A stretch of DNA of 64,000 nucleotides from Escherichia coli (lineage in GTDB: Bacteria > Pseudomonadota > Gammaproteobacteria > Enterobacterales > Enterobacteriaceae): NCBI RefSeq assembly GCF_009931435.1, contig NZ_CP043414.1; one strand, written 5' to 3'. Shown in pieces: positions 1 to 14,123 of the stretch; position 1 is the stretch's first letter, and every line of letters begins with the position of its first letter. Made by a program: the position numbers and the translations under genes. The notes under the pieces were generated by a model. The model was not told the origin of the DNA and ran no database searches. It worked only from the letters and a program-made list of their open reading frames with translations.

Positions 1-2
1 TT

Positions 3-161
3 AAATATCGTAACAAATGGTACGTTCTGGATGTAGGCGGGAACAATCTTAGGGTTATTGCCTACATAAACTTTGTTAATAAGCGGTTCTTTGTGAAGCA
101 CATAACGAATCATGCCGAGTATGACAAACTGACACGTTACTACAGAGAGAACAGAGAATGA
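3..161 (+). CDS. HigB-family (RelE-fold) mRNA-interferase toxin, C-terminal 52 codons; 5' end lies outside the window
   Basis: Frame ending in TGA at 159-161 translates to ...NKWYVLDVGGNNLRVIAYINFVNKRFFVKHITNHAEYDKL..., matching the VGGNxLRV...H.EYD pattern I recall for E. coli HigB (YgjN). Stop overlaps the start of the downstream HTH gene by 4 nt (ATGA). Confidence 0.6.
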   Translation, partial: KYRNKWYVLDVGGNNLRVIAYINFVNKRFFVKHITNHAEYDKLTRYYRENRE

Positions 162-577
162 CTGCTAATGCTGCACGCGCTGTTAAAGCAACAAGAGAAC
201 TGGTCAATGCAGTCCCCTTTCTGGGAGGCAGTGACTCAGAAGATGATTATCGTGAAGCACTGGAACTGGTCGAATATTTGATTGAAGAAGATGACACCAA
301 TCCACTTATCGACTTTCTGGCGAGCCGCATTGCAGAGTATGAAAACAACCACGAAAAGTTTGCAGAGTTCGACAAAGCCGTTGCTGCAATGCCGGTTGGC
401 GTGGCGTTACTTCGCACGTTGATTGATCAACATAATCTGACCTATGCGGATTTGAAGAACGAAATCGGCTCTAAATCCCTGGTCAGTCAGATTTTGTCTG
501 GACAAAGATCCCTGACGATATCCCACATTAAGGCACTTTCAGCCCGATTTGGCGTTAAGCCGGAATGGTTTCTTTGA
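158..577 (+). CDS. HigA-family antitoxin (HTH-XRE DNA-binding protein)
   Basis: 139-aa ORF from the track; its C-terminal half (EIGSKSLVSQILSGQRSLTISHIKALSARFG) resembles the HTH of E. coli HigA (YgjM). Toxin-first gene order is typical of higBA. Confidence 0.7.
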   Translation: MTANAARAVKATRELVNAVPFLGGSDSEDDYREALELVEYLIEEDDTNPLIDFLASRIAEYENNHEKFAEFDKAVAAMPVGVALLRTLIDQHNLTYADLKNEIGSKSLVSQILSGQRSLTISHIKALSARFGVKPEWFL

Positions 578-599
578 TTTTGACTGATGCCAAACGCCA

Positions 600-690
600 G
601 ATTGCCCGATGCGCTGCGCTTATCGGGCCTACATGTCGCACGAACTATGTAGGCCGGATAAGGCGTTCACGCCGCATCCGGCACGTTTGC
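600..690. repeat. REP/BIME-type palindromic element
   Basis: GC-rich imperfect palindromes (gcctacatgtcgcacgaactatgtaggccggataaggcgttcacgccgcatccggc) typical of E. coli REP units, between higA-like gene and ascB. Confidence 0.55.
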
Positions 691-3581
<2,891 letters not shown>

Positions 3582-3666
3582 CGGATTTTATCCTGTTATC
3601 AGTAGGGTAGAGGTAGTTGTTATCAGTCGACGTGACGGGAAATTGCCGATGCTGAAACGGAATTAA

Positions 3667-3754
3667 GAAACCGGTTTCACAAAATCATGAATAGTTGATA
3701 CTGATTAAGCAAGAGAGTTAATTGCTCATTTTTTATATTTGTGAAACCGGTCAC
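3667..3754. promoter_or_regulatory. Divergent ascF/ascG control region with two GalR/LacI-type operator-like palindromes
   Basis: Perfect palindrome GAAACCGGTTTC at 3667-3678 and related GTGAAACCGGTCAC at 3741-3754, in the intergenic region between divergent ascF and ascG. AscG is a LacI/GalR-family repressor. Confidence 0.35.
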
Positions 3755-3837
3755 CTGAATATTTTTCCCGCTGCTTGCGCAAGGACAATCAGCCAACGGT
3801 GCAGTACACTGCGTTGATTGCGTGTAAAGGGATGAAA

Positions 3838-4851
3838 ATGATGACGACGATGCTGGAAGTGGCGAAGCGCGCCGGGGTTTCAAAAGCGACCGTTTCCCGC
3901 GTGCTTTCAGGTAATGGCTACGTCAGCCAGGAAACTAAAGATCGCGTGTTTCAGGCGGTGGAAGAGAGCGGCTACCGCCCAAATTTGCTGGCGCGCAATC
4001 TGTCAGCGAAGAGTACCCAGACGCTGGGGCTGGTAGTGACCAACACGCTTTACCACGGCATTTATTTTAGTGAATTACTGTTTCATACCGCGAGAATGGC
4101 GGAAGAGAAAGGGCGTCAGCTGCTATTGGCAGATGGCAAACATAGCGCCGAAGAAGAACGCCAGGCGATTCAGTATCTACTGGATCTGCGCTGCGACGCC
4201 ATTATGATTTACCCGCGCTTTTTAAGCGTGGATGAGATTGATGACATCATTGATGCACACAATCAGCCGATAATGGTGCTCAATCGCCGCCTGCGCAAAA
4301 ACAGTAGCCATAGCGTCTGGTGCGATCATAAACAGACCAGCTTTAACGCCGTGGCAGAGTTGATAAACGCCGGACATCAGGAGATTGCTTTCCTTACCGG
4401 TTCGATGGATTCCCCCACCAGCATTGAACGCCTTGCCGGATATAAAGACGCGCTGGCGCAGCATGGTATTGCACTCAATGAAAAACTTATCGCTAACGGT
4501 AAATGGACGCCTGCCAGCGGGGCCGAAGGGGTAGAAACGTTGCTCGAACGTGGGGCTAAATTTAGCGCGTTAGTTGCCAGTAACGACGATATGGCGATAG
4601 GTGCGATGAAAGCGTTGCATGACCGTGGTGTAGCGGTGCCGGAGCAAGTATCGGTTATTGGATTTGATGATATCGCAATTGCCCCCTACACCGTTCCGGC
4701 GCTCTCCAGCGTAAAAATTCCGGTGACTGAGATGATTCAGGAAATAATTGGGCGGCTGATATTTATGCTCGATGGTGGTGCTTACACACCGCCGAAAACC
4801 TTCAGCGGAAAACTAATCCGCCGCGACTCACTCATTGCTCTTTCGCGATAA
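3838..4851 (+). CDS. ascG: LacI/GalR-family transcriptional repressor of the asc operon
   Basis: Track ORF 3775-4851 (TTG at 3775). K-12-like N-terminus MTTMLEVAKRAGVSKATVSRVL begins at 3838/3841; AAGGG Shine-Dalgarno 7 nt upstream of 3838. HTH plus periplasmic-binding-like fold. Confidence 0.88.
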   Translation: MMTTMLEVAKRAGVSKATVSRVLSGNGYVSQETKDRVFQAVEESGYRPNLLARNLSAKSTQTLGLVVTNTLYHGIYFSELLFHTARMAEEKGRQLLLADGKHSAEEERQAIQYLLDLRCDAIMIYPRFLSVDEIDDIIDAHNQPIMVLNRRLRKNSSHSVWCDHKQTSFNAVAELINAGHQEIAFLTGSMDSPTSIERLAGYKDALAQHGIALNEKLIANGKWTPASGAEGVETLLERGAKFSALVASNDDMAIGAMKALHDRGVAVPEQVSVIGFDDIAIAPYTVPALSSVKIPVTEMIQEIIGRLIFMLDGGAYTPPKTFSGKLIRRDSLIALSR

Positions 4852-4999
4852 ACATTGTCATCACATGTCATCGTCACTAGTGTCGATGACATCGTTTTTT
4901 CTGCACTGCAGAATTTAATTTCTTTAAATAACAATCAATTAAAAGTTGGCATGATTTGTGAATGTATCGGCGCATTAACTGTCATTGCTGGAGAATTTG

Positions 5000-5527
5000 A
5001 TGAACCGTTTCATCATTGCTGACGCAAGTAAATGTATTGGTTGTCGTACCTGTGAAGTGGCGTGCGTGGTTTCTCATCAGGAGAATCAGGACTGTGCATC
5101 GCTGACCCCGGAAACTTTTTTACCGCGAATCCATGTCATTAAAGGTGTGAACATTTCCACGGCGACAGTCTGCCGTCAGTGTGAAGATGCACCGTGCGCT
5201 AATGTCTGCCCGAATGGTGCTATCAGCCGTGATAAAGGGTTTGTTCATGTCATGCAGGAACGTTGCATTGGTTGCAAAACCTGCGTTGTGGCTTGCCCGT
5301 ATGGTGCGATGGAAGTGGTAGTGCGTCCGGTGATTCGCAACAGCGGCGCAGGGCTTAACGTACGCGCTGACAAAGCCGAAGCTAATAAATGCGACCTCTG
5401 TAACCATCGTGAAGACGGCCCGGCCTGTATGGCTGCTTGCCCGACCCATGCGCTGATTTGTGTCGATCGTAATAAACTTGAACAACTGAGCGCAGAAAAA
5501 CGCCGCCGCACGGCGCTGATGTTCTAA
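5000..5527 (+). CDS. hydN: Fe-S electron-transfer protein (4Fe-4S ferredoxin-type) involved in formate hydrogenlyase maturation
   Basis: Track ORF from TTG at 4985; ATG at 5000 gives [22 protein letters not shown]..., 175 aa, with multiple CxxCxxCxxxCP motifs. GGAG SD upstream. Confidence 0.9.
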   Translation: MNRFIIADASKCIGCRTCEVACVVSHQENQDCASLTPETFLPRIHVIKGVNISTATVCRQCEDAPCANVCPNGAISRDKGFVHVMQERCIGCKTCVVACPYGAMEVVVRPVIRNSGAGLNVRADKAEANKCDLCNHREDGPACMAACPTHALICVDRNKLEQLSAEKRRRTALMF

Positions 5528-5679
5528 AAATCTTACAGAACTGTTCTGGCATCAAAGGAATTCCCGGAAATATTCGTAGAATACGGAGCAGGCGGTATCG
5601 CCAACCTGTGACTACCGGATGCGACGCGGTCGTGTCCGGCTGGGCGGGTTACGCAATTCATGATGGCGGGAATAACTCA

Positions 5680-7932
5680 ATGGCAAAAAACACATCTTGC
5701 GGTGTCCAACTGCGTATTCGTGGCAAAGTGCAGGGCGTCGGTTTTCGTCCCTTTGTCTGGCAACTGGCACAGCAATTAAATCTTCACGGCGATGTCTGTA
5801 ATGACGGCGATGGCGTAGAAGTCCGGCTGCTGGAAGACCCGGAAACGTTTCTTGTTCAATTGCATCAGGATTGTCCGCCGCTGGCGCGTATTGATAGCGT
5901 CGAATGTGAGCCGTTTATCTGGATGCAGCCGCCCACTGAGTTCATCATCCGCCAGAGTGCGGGCGGCGTCATGAATACGCAAATTGTTCCCGATGCCGCT
6001 ACTTGTCCTGCCTGTCTTGCCGAAATGAATACCCCAGGCGAACGGCGTTATCGTTATCCGTTTATCAACTGTACCCATTGCGGCCCGCGTTTCACCATTA
6101 TTCGCGCGATGCCTTACGACCGTCCATTTACCGTGATGGCGGCGTTTCCGCTATGTCCGGCCTGCGATAAAGAATATCGCGACCCGCTCGATCGTCGCTT
6201 CCACGCCCAGCCGGTGGCCTGCCCGGAGTGTGGCCCACATCTTGAATGGCTAAGTCATGGTGAACATGCGAAACAAGAGGCGGCATTACAGGCGGCTATC
6301 GCTCAGTTAAAAATGGGCAACATTGTCGCTATCAAAGGGATTGGCGGATTTCATCTCGCCTGCGATGCGCTTAACAGTAACGCGGTGGCGACACTACGGG
6401 CGCGCAAACATCGCCCGGCGAAACCGCTGGCGGTTATGTTGCCAACGGCAGAAGGTTTGCCCGACGCTGCCCGACAGTTGCTCACCACGCCCGCCGCGCC
6501 GATTGTACTGGTGGATAAAATATATGTTCCGGAACTTTGTGACGATATCGCCCCTGGCCTTAACGAAGTCGGGGTGATGTTGCCTGCGAATCCGCTCCAG
6601 CATTTGCTGTTACAGGAACTGCAATGCCCGCTGGTGATGACCTCCGGCAACCTGAGCGGTAAACCACCGGCTATCAGCAACGAACAGGCGCTGGAGGACT
6701 TGCAGGACATTGCCGACGGATTCTTGATTCATAACCGCGACATCGTGCAGCGGATGGATGATTCAGTGGTGCGCGAAAGTGGCGAAATGTTGCGCCGCTC
6801 GCGGGGGTATGTACCGGATGCGCTGGCTTTGCCTCCGGGCTTTAAAAATATTCCTCCTGTGCTGTGTCTCGGTGCGGATCTGAAAAATACCTTCTGTCTG
6901 GTGCGTGGTGAACAGGCGGTGTTGAGTCAACATTTGGGCGATTTAAGTGACGATGGCATTCAGATGCAGTGGCGCGAAGCGTTGCGTCTGATGCAAAACA
7001 TCTACGATTTTACCCCGCAATACGTTGTGCATGACGCGCATCCGGGCTATGTCTCCAGCCAGTGGGCGCGCGAAATGAATCTGCCGACGCAAACGGTGCT
7101 GCATCATCATGCTCATGCGGCGGCGTGTCTGGCAGAACATCACTGGCCGCTGGATGGCAGTGATGTCATTGCTTTGACGCTCGACGGTATTGGTATGGGC
7201 GAAAACGGCGCTTTATGGGGCGGCGAGTGCTTGCGGGTGAACTATCGCGAATGCCAGCACCTGGGTGGCTTGCCTGCGGTGGCGCTTCCGGGGGGCGATC
7301 TTGCGGCAAAGCAGCCGTGGCGAAACCTGCTGGCGCAGTGCCTGCGCTTTGTGCCGGAGTGGCAGAATTACCCTGAAGCGGCAAGTGTGCAACAGCAAAA
7401 CTGGAGCGTGCTGGCGCGGGCCATTGAGCGTGGAATTAACGCGCCGCTGGCGTCATCGTGCGGGCGTTTGTTCGATGCTGTGGCGGCGGCACTGGGCTGT
7501 GCGCCAGCCACGTTAAGTTATGAAGGTGAAGCGGCTTGCGCCCTCGAGGCGCTGGCGGCTTCATGCCAGGGAGTGACGCATCCGGTGACGATGCCGCTGG
7601 TGGACAATCAGCTGGATCTCGCCACTTTCTGGCAGCAGTGGCTGAACTGGCAGGCACCGGTTAATCAACGCGCGTGGGCATTTCATGATGCGCTGGCGCA
7701 GGGTTTTGCCGCGTTGATGCGTGAGCAGGCCACGATGCGTGGTATCACTACGCTGGTATTTAGCGGCGGGGTTATTCATAACCGTTTGCTGCGTGCACGT
7801 CTGGCGCATTATCTTGCTGATTTTACGTTGCTCTTCCCGCAGAGTTTACCTGCGGGGGATGGCGGGTTGTCTCTGGGGCAGGGGGTTATTGCTGCGGCCC
7901 GTTGGGTGGCGGGTGAAGCCCAGAACGGATAA
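5680..7932 (+). CDS. hypF: Carbamoyltransferase hydrogenase maturation factor
   Basis: Track ORF 5608-7932; ATG at 5680 gives [25 protein letters not shown]..., 750 aa. Acylphosphatase-like N-terminus, two CxxC zinc-finger pairs, YrdC and Kae1-like domains. Confidence 0.93.
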   Translation: MAKNTSCGVQLRIRGKVQGVGFRPFVWQLAQQLNLHGDVCNDGDGVEVRLLEDPETFLVQLHQDCPPLARIDSVECEPFIWMQPPTEFIIRQSAGGVMNTQIVPDAATCPACLAEMNTPGERRYRYPFINCTHCGPRFTIIRAMPYDRPFTVMAAFPLCPACDKEYRDPLDRRFHAQPVACPECGPHLEWLSHGEHAKQEAALQAAIAQLKMGNIVAIKGIGGFHLACDALNSNAVATLRARKHRPAKPLAVMLPTAEGLPDAARQLLTTPAAPIVLVDKIYVPELCDDIAPGLNEVGVMLPANPLQHLLLQELQCPLVMTSGNLSGKPPAISNEQALEDLQDIADGFLIHNRDIVQRMDDSVVRESGEMLRRSRGYVPDALALPPGFKNIPPVLCLGADLKNTFCLVRGEQAVLSQHLGDLSDDGIQMQWREALRLMQNIYDFTPQYVVHDAHPGYVSSQWAREMNLPTQTVLHHHAHAAACLAEHHWPLDGSDVIALTLDGIGMGENGALWGGECLRVNYRECQHLGGLPAVALPGGDLAAKQPWRNLLAQCLRFVPEWQNYPEAASVQQQNWSVLARAIERGINAPLASSCGRLFDAVAAALGCAPATLSYEGEAACALEALAASCQGVTHPVTMPLVDNQLDLATFWQQWLNWQAPVNQRAWAFHDALAQGFAALMREQATMRGITTLVFSGGVIHNRLLRARLAHYLADFTLLFPQSLPAGDGGLSLGQGVIAAARWVAGEAQNG

Positions 7933-7949
7933 ACGTGTTGCATTTGGGC

Positions 7950-8040
7950 GCAGTGCCGGATGCGGCGTGAACGCCTTATCCGGCCTACACATGCGCTCCC
8001 CGTAGGTCGGATAAGACGCGCCAGCGTCGCATCCGACATT
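7950..8040. repeat. REP/BIME palindromic element between convergent hypF and norW
   Basis: gccggatgcggcgtgaacgccttatccggcctaca...gtaggtcggataagacgcgccagcgtcgcatccgac, classic REP sequence. Confidence 0.55.
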
Positions 8041-8058
8041 TTGGGCACACTAGCCTGC

Positions 8059-9192
8059 CTACATCGGCAAGGTTTTCAACAATCCAAACGCCTCTTTCAT
8101 CCGATCCTCACTGACCACAAAAGCGCGAAGCTGGTCAGCATCGTCAACGCCGCGCGCCACCATTCCCTGGCTTTCGGTACAAATCTGCCAGCGCAAATCC
8201 CGACGCTGGGTTTCCCCTGCCAGATGCAGCGGTAATTCCGGCGTTTTGATTTTTACCAGCATGGCGGGAAGTTTCAGCGGTGCGTTTCCACCGAGCAAGT
8301 TCTTCGCCAGCACCATCGCGCTAAGTTGAATCGGCTGCAGGAACGGCAATACCTGACCGTTAATTTCTGCGCAATCGCCCAGCGCGTAAATATCGGCATT
8401 ACTGGTTTGCAGATAACTATCGACGCAAACGCCGCGATTAATCGTCAGCCCTGTACGTCGTGCCAGGGCGGTTTCCGGGCGCAGTCCGGTGGCGGCAATT
8501 ACCGCATCCACTTCGATGCTGCGCTGGCGGTCCAGCGTTGCCAGAATACCAGAATTCGTTTTTTCCAGCCCCTGCAACTGAGATTTCAACAGCAGATGAA
8601 CGCCCATCTCCGTCAACCGATGCTGCAAGCGGCTGCTTACTTCCGGTGGCATTAACGACGCCAGAATACTGGCAGCGTTGTCGATTAGCGTGACCGCTTT
8701 GCCTGCCCGACAAAAATCCATCGCCAGCTCGCTACCAATCAAGCCACCGCCAACAATCAACACGCGTCGGGCATCCCGCAGTTGCGTTTCACAGGCGCGA
8801 TACTCTTGCTGACTATTTAACGTCAGCATTAACTCACGCCCAGACACTGGCGGGACAAAGGCACTGGCACCAGTTGCCAGCACCAGCTTGTCGTATTGCC
8901 ACTGATTATTCTGGCTTTTCACCACATGGGCTTCGGCATCGATATCCGTCACCCAGGTGTGCGGAAACAGGTGCAGATTAAACTGCTCGGCAAATTCACC
9001 CGCCGTCTGGCGGGTGAGGTCATCGGCACGTTGCCCCTGGCTGATAACATGGCTAAGATCAGGTTTGTTGTACTCATCCATGCTGTCGGCGGCAATCAGG
9101 GTTAATGGAATACTGGCGTCCTGTTTGCGAATATTTTTCACCAGTTGGCGGGCGGCGAAGCCCGAACCAATGATCACAATGCCGTTGCTCAT
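8059..9192 (-). CDS. norW: NADH:flavorubredoxin oxidoreductase
   Basis: 377-aa ORF with N-terminal GxGxxA FAD/NAD-binding motif ([10 protein letters not shown]); overlaps norV by 4 nt. Confidence 0.93.
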   Translation of the reverse strand: MSNGIVIIGSGFAARQLVKNIRKQDASIPLTLIAADSMDEYNKPDLSHVISQGQRADDLTRQTAGEFAEQFNLHLFPHTWVTDIDAEAHVVKSQNNQWQYDKLVLATGASAFVPPVSGRELMLTLNSQQEYRACETQLRDARRVLIVGGGLIGSELAMDFCRAGKAVTLIDNAASILASLMPPEVSSRLQHRLTEMGVHLLLKSQLQGLEKTNSGILATLDRQRSIEVDAVIAATGLRPETALARRTGLTINRGVCVDSYLQTSNADIYALGDCAEINGQVLPFLQPIQLSAMVLAKNLLGGNAPLKLPAMLVKIKTPELPLHLAGETQRRDLRWQICTESQGMVARGVDDADQLRAFVVSEDRMKEAFGLLKTLPM

Positions 9193-10628
9193 TTTGCCTC
9201 CGATGCCAGTTCGTCAAAGACGTCTTTGCCAAGGGAGCATTCCGGGCACAGGAAGTTATCCGGGACTTCACTCCACGGCGTTCCTGGCGCAACGTCCTGC
9301 ATTGGCTCGCCTTTTGCCGGATCGTAAATCCACTGGCAGACGCTGCACTGCATCCGTGGGCCGAGGTCAGCCGTCGTGGTGGCACAGGTTTCTTCTTTAA
9401 CCACCGTATTCACCGTGCTCTGCGGCAGCGGCGAAAGCGCCCACTGACGGGCAATTTCACGACCGTGTTCACGGCATAACTCCAGCGCATCCTGGTCCGG
9501 TCGCCATTTGGCTTTCAGGCTAAGCGACATTTCGAAACCTGCATCCTGCAGGCGTGTGGAAAGACGATCCACCGCACCGCCGCTCCAGCCGTGAGAGCCG
9601 AAAGCACTGGCGCGTTTGTTACGGAAGCGTAATCCGGTCATCTCCTCCACCAGCCCGGCGATTTTAGGCATCATCACGTTATTCATCGTCGAAGTGCCGA
9701 CCAGCACGCCTTTTGAGCGGAAGACATTGGTCAGGATTTCGTTTTTATCGCTTCGGGCGACGTTGAAAATTTTCACCGCTACGCGCGGGTCGGTTTCCGC
9801 AATCCCCTGGGCGATAGCGTCAGCCATCATGCGGGTGTTATTCGACATGGTGTCGTAGAAAATGGTGATTCTGTCTTCCTGATAATCCGCCGCCCATTTC
9901 AGGTACAGCTCGACAATTTGCGTCGGGTTATCGCGCCACACTACACCGTGAGAGGTGGCAATCATATCGACCGGCAAGTTAAAGCCCAGGATCTCGGTGA
10001 TTTTCGGCGTTACCAGGCGGCTGAACGGTGTCAGGATATTGGCGTAGTAACGCTGACACTGCTCGAAAAGCTCGGTCTGATCCACTTCATCGTTGAAGAG
10101 ATGCTCGTCGCAGTAGTGCTGACCGAAAGCATCGTTACTGAACAGCACCGCGTCGCCCGTCAGGTAAGTCATCATGCTGTCCGGCCAGTGCAGCATTGGC
10201 GTTTCGACAAAAATGAGCTGTTTGCCGTTGCCGATATCCAGCGTGTCGCCGGTTTTCACCACGTTGAAATTCCACTCTGGATGATGGTGATGACCATTTA
10301 TTGAGTCGATAGCGTTGGCAGTACAATAGATCGGCGTATCGGGAATTTGCGCCATCAGTTCGGTCAGCGCCCCGGCGTGGTCCTCTTCAGCATGGTTAAT
10401 CACGATGTAATCGATATCCGCCAGATCGATTTCATTACGCAGGTTCTGCACAAATTCGCGGCTGAATTTATGGTCGACGGTGTCGATCAGCACGTTTTTT
10501 TCTTCGCGAATGAGGTAGCTGTTGTAGCTGCTGCCGCGCAGCGTTTTATATTCTGTACCGTGAAAATCACGCACTTCCCAGTCACGTTGACCAACCCAAT
10601 GAATGTTATTTTTCACCACAATAGACAT
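9189..10628 (-). CDS. norV: Anaerobic nitric oxide reductase flavorubredoxin
   Basis: 479-aa ORF with metallo-beta-lactamase-like, flavodoxin-like and C-terminal rubredoxin (CxxC...CPxC) regions. Confidence 0.93.
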   Translation of the reverse strand: MSIVVKNNIHWVGQRDWEVRDFHGTEYKTLRGSSYNSYLIREEKNVLIDTVDHKFSREFVQNLRNEIDLADIDYIVINHAEEDHAGALTELMAQIPDTPIYCTANAIDSINGHHHHPEWNFNVVKTGDTLDIGNGKQLIFVETPMLHWPDSMMTYLTGDAVLFSNDAFGQHYCDEHLFNDEVDQTELFEQCQRYYANILTPFSRLVTPKITEILGFNLPVDMIATSHGVVWRDNPTQIVELYLKWAADYQEDRITIFYDTMSNNTRMMADAIAQGIAETDPRVAVKIFNVARSDKNEILTNVFRSKGVLVGTSTMNNVMMPKIAGLVEEMTGLRFRNKRASAFGSHGWSGGAVDRLSTRLQDAGFEMSLSLKAKWRPDQDALELCREHGREIARQWALSPLPQSTVNTVVKEETCATTTADLGPRMQCSVCQWIYDPAKGEPMQDVAPGTPWSEVPDNFLCPECSLGKDVFDELASEAK

Positions 10629-10675
10629 AGCAACCTCAATTTATTCAGTGTGTTCTAAAAAGATGTCTTGCTAAT

Positions 10676-10691
10676 TGCAGATTGCGTGCCA
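10676..10691 (-). promoter_or_regulatory. Sigma-54 (-24/-12) promoter of norVW
   Basis: Reverse complement reads TGGCACgcaatCTGCA (GG-N10-GC spacing), about 45 nt upstream of the norV ATG. norV is known to be sigma-54/NorR dependent. Confidence 0.6.
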
Positions 10692-10746
10692 GTTTTTTAT
10701 CTGATTGTTTTTACTATATAAATAAAATTATGCTCATTAATGAGTA

Positions 10747-10802
10747 GTCAAAATGACTATCAATAAAATGGTCGATATGACAATATCTATAGTCAAATTG
10801 AC
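10747..10802. promoter_or_regulatory. Three NorR enhancer-binding sites (GT-N7-AC)
   Basis: GTCAAAATGAC (10747-10757), GTCGATATGAC (10771-10781) and GTCAAATTGAC (10792-10802) in the norR-norV intergenic region; matches the established NorR site consensus. Confidence 0.6.
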
Positions 10803-10814
10803 AGTGAGGCAAAG

Positions 10815-12329
10815 ATGAGTTTTTCCGTTGATGTGCTGGCGAATATCGCCATCGAATTGCAGCGTGGGATTGGTCATCAGGATCGTTTTCAGCGCCTGAT
10901 CACCACGCTGCGTCAGGTGCTGGAGTGCGATGCGTCTGCGTTGCTACGTTACGACTCGCGGCAGTTTATTCCGCTTGCCATCGACGGACTGGCAAAGGAT
11001 GTACTCGGTAGACGCTTTGCCCTGGAAGGTCATCCACGGCTGGAAGCGATTGCCCGCGCCGGGGACGTGGTGCGCTTTCCCGCAGACAGCGAATTGCCCG
11101 ATCCCTATGACGGTTTGATTCCCGGGCAGGAGAGTCTGAAGGTTCACGCCTGCGTTGGTCTACCGCTGTTTGCTGGACAAAACCTGATTGGCGCATTGAC
11201 GCTCGACGGGATGCAGCCCGATCAGTTCGATGTTTTCAGCGACGAGGAGTTACGGCTGATTGCCGCTCTGGCGGCGGGGGCGTTAAGCAATGCGCTGCTG
11301 ATTGAACAACTGGAAAGTCAGAATATGCTGCCGGGCGATGCCGCGCCATTTGAAGCGGTGAAAGAGACGCAGATGATCGGTCTGTCGCCAGGCATGACGC
11401 AATTGAAAAAAGAGATTGAGATTGTGGCGGCGTCCGATCTCAACGTCCTAATCAGTGGTGAGACGGGAACCGGTAAGGAATTGGTGGCGAAAGCGATTCA
11501 TGAAGCCTCGCCACGGGCGGTGAATCCGTTAGTCTATCTCAACTGTGCCGCACTGCCGGAAAGTGTGGCGGAAAGTGAGTTGTTCGGGCACGTGAAAGGG
11601 GCGTTTACTGGCGCTATCAGTAACCGCAGTGGAAAGTTTGAAATGGCGGATAACGGCACGCTGTTTCTGGATGAGATCGGCGAGTTGTCGTTGGCATTGC
11701 AGGCCAAGCTGCTGCGGGTGTTGCAGTATGGCGATATTCAGCGCGTTGGCGATGACCGCAGTTTGCGGGTCGATGTGCGCGTGCTGGCGGCGACTAACCG
11801 CGACTTGCGCGAAGAGGTGCTGGCAGGGCGATTTCGTGCTGACTTGTTTCATCGCCTGAGTGTGTTTCCGCTTTCGGTGCCGCCGCTGCGTGAGCGGGGT
11901 GATGACGTCATTCTGCTGGCGGGGTATTACTGCGAACAGTGCCGCCTGCGGTTGGGGCTTTCCCGCGTGGTGTTAAGTTCCGGGGCGCGGAATTTATTGC
12001 AACATTATAGTTTCCCGGGGAACGTGCGCGAACTGGAACATGCTATTCATCGGGCGGTGGTGCTGGCGAGAGCGACCCGCAGCGGCGATGAAGTGATTCT
12101 CGAGGCGCAACATTTTGCTTTTTCTGAGGTGACGTTGCCGACGGCAGAAGTGCCGATGGTGCCCGTTGTTAAGCAAAACCTGCGTGAAGCGACAGAAGCG
12201 TTCCAGCGTGAAACTATTCGCCAGGCGCTGGCACAAAATCATCACAACTGGGCTGCCAGCGCACGGATGCTGGAAACCGACGTCGCCAACCTGCATCGGC
12301 TGGCGAAACGTCTGGGGCTGAAGGATTAA
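10815..12329 (+). CDS. norR: Sigma-54-dependent NO-responsive transcriptional activator
   Basis: 504-aa ORF: GAF domain N-terminus, AAA+ sigma-54 activator core ([14 protein letters not shown]), C-terminal HTH. Confidence 0.93.
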   Translation: MSFSVDVLANIAIELQRGIGHQDRFQRLITTLRQVLECDASALLRYDSRQFIPLAIDGLAKDVLGRRFALEGHPRLEAIARAGDVVRFPADSELPDPYDGLIPGQESLKVHACVGLPLFAGQNLIGALTLDGMQPDQFDVFSDEELRLIAALAAGALSNALLIEQLESQNMLPGDAAPFEAVKETQMIGLSPGMTQLKKEIEIVAASDLNVLISGETGTGKELVAKAIHEASPRAVNPLVYLNCAALPESVAESELFGHVKGAFTGAISNRSGKFEMADNGTLFLDEIGELSLALQAKLLRVLQYGDIQRVGDDRSLRVDVRVLAATNRDLREEVLAGRFRADLFHRLSVFPLSVPPLRERGDDVILLAGYYCEQCRLRLGLSRVVLSSGARNLLQHYSFPGNVRELEHAIHRAVVLARATRSGDEVILEAQHFAFSEVTLPTAEVPMVPVVKQNLREATEAFQRETIRQALAQNHHNWAASARMLETDVANLHRLAKRLGLKD

Positions 12330-13291
12330 ATAATCCCGGCCTGATAGAAATCCTGCAGGTTAATTGCGCCGGTAAGTTTGCCGTTTTCATCCACCACTGG
12401 TGCGGCGGTGATTTTGCGTTTCATCAGAACTTCTTTGGCGTCGATGGCGCGGCTTTGCGCCTGTAATGTGGTGCCGCCTGTCGTCATCGCTTCATTAACT
12501 GGCGTGGTGAGTGCGCCGCCGCCAACCAGCCAGCGACGTAAATCCCCGTCGGTAAAGACGCCTTGGACCTGTTGTTGAACGTCGCACACGGCTACCAGTC
12601 CCAGACCGGTGCGACTGAGTTCCAGCATCGCATCCATCACGCTGGCGGTTAACGCCACCTGCGGGATGGCGTCATCACGGCGCATCAGATGATGCACTTT
12701 GTTCAGCAAGCGAGCGCCCAGTGCCCCAGCTGGGTGGGATCGGGCAAAATCTTCTTCATTAAATCCGCGCGCCTGCATGACCGCCATCGCCAGCGCGTCG
12801 CCCATCATCAGGGTATTCACAGTGCTGGAGGTCGGTGCAAGATGCATCGGGCAGGCTTCGCGTTCTACAGAGATATCCAGCACCGCTTTCGCCGCCAGGC
12901 CCAGCGGTGATGTCGGTTTACCGGTCATCGCCAGCAGCGCGATAGATTTGTCTTCCAGACGCGGAATAATCAGATCCAGTTCCTTTGCGCCACCGGAGTA
13001 AGAGATAAACAGCATCACATCGCGGCTTTCAATCATCCCCAGATCGCCGTGCAGTGCTTCTGCCGGATGGACAAAAAAAGCAGGCGTGCCGGTACTGGCA
13101 AGCGTTGCGGCGATTTTCTTACCAATGTGGCCCGATTTGCCAATTCCCGAAACCACCACTTTGCCTTCGCAGTGCAGGATGATATTGGCGGCGCGAACAA
13201 AATCATCGCCCAGACGTTCTGGTAAACGGCTTGCTTCCTGCAACTCCAGCATTAACGTCTGACGTCCCGCGTTCAGTAGTGCTTCACTCAT
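12326..13291 (-). CDS. gutQ: D-arabinose 5-phosphate isomerase (SIS + tandem CBS domains)
   Basis: 321-aa ORF at the end of the gut operon; SIS domain ([14 protein letters not shown]) plus CBS pair. Confidence 0.9.
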   Translation of the reverse strand: MSEALLNAGRQTLMLELQEASRLPERLGDDFVRAANIILHCEGKVVVSGIGKSGHIGKKIAATLASTGTPAFFVHPAEALHGDLGMIESRDVMLFISYSGGAKELDLIIPRLEDKSIALLAMTGKPTSPLGLAAKAVLDISVEREACPMHLAPTSSTVNTLMMGDALAMAVMQARGFNEEDFARSHPAGALGARLLNKVHHLMRRDDAIPQVALTASVMDAMLELSRTGLGLVAVCDVQQQVQGVFTDGDLRRWLVGGGALTTPVNEAMTTGGTTLQAQSRAIDAKEVLMKRKITAAPVVDENGKLTGAINLQDFYQAGII

Positions 13292-14057
13292 TGCTCTCTC
13301 CGGTTATGATCACATCGATCCCTTTCTCTTCCAGCGCCTGACGAAACGCCGGATCGATACCTGCGTCGGTAATTAGCTTATCGACGCTTTCAAGACTGCA
13401 AACTACGTTGGGGCTTTTACGGCCAAACTTTGATGAGTCCGCCATCAAAATCACTTCGCGCGCGGCATTACACATCGCTTTACTGACGGTATAGACCTCG
13501 TTGAAGGTAGTTACGCCTGCATTGAGATCGATGCCATCGGTGCCCATAAACAATTTATCGAAGCTGAAATGTTCGAAGGCGTTCTCTGCCAGCTGCCCGT
13601 GAAATGAGGCCGATTTTTTACGAAACGTTCCGCCTGGCATCAGGATAGTTTGTTCGTTATCCAGTTCGGATAGCGCATTGACGATATGCAGGCTGTTGGT
13701 CATTACTGTGATGTTATTAAAGCGCGAGAGCAGGGGGACCATCTGCAAAACTGTACTGCCAGCATCAAGAATGATCGAATCGCCATCATGGATAAAACTA
13801 ACGGCAGCTTCTGCAATCAGCTCTTTCTTGTGGGTGTTGATGAGTGTTTTATGATCGATAGGCGGATCGGATTCCTCTTTATTCAACACCACTCCGCCAT
13901 AAGTACGAATGACGGTTCCTGCATGTTCCAGAATGACCAGATCTTTGCGAATGGTTGTGCCTGTGGTGTCAAAGTATTGCGCCAATTCTTCAACCGAGCA
14001 TTTACCCTGCTTTTGCAGATACTCCAGAATGGCGGCCTGACGCTGACGAGGTTTCAT
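13284..14057 (-). CDS. srlR: DeoR-family glucitol operon repressor
   Basis: 257-aa ORF with N-terminal DeoR HTH ([29 protein letters not shown]); synteny. Confidence 0.9.
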   Translation of the reverse strand: MKPRQRQAAILEYLQKQGKCSVEELAQYFDTTGTTIRKDLVILEHAGTVIRTYGGVVLNKEESDPPIDHKTLINTHKKELIAEAAVSFIHDGDSIILDAGSTVLQMVPLLSRFNNITVMTNSLHIVNALSELDNEQTILMPGGTFRKKSASFHGQLAENAFEHFSFDKLFMGTDGIDLNAGVTTFNEVYTVSKAMCNAAREVILMADSSKFGRKSPNVVCSLESVDKLITDAGIDPAFRQALEEKGIDVIITGESNE

Positions 14058-14123
14058 GGGCGTGATTACCTGATTTAGGTTTCAAAATGATAACTTCGCA
14101 AGCAAGTAACATTCACAACGAAA

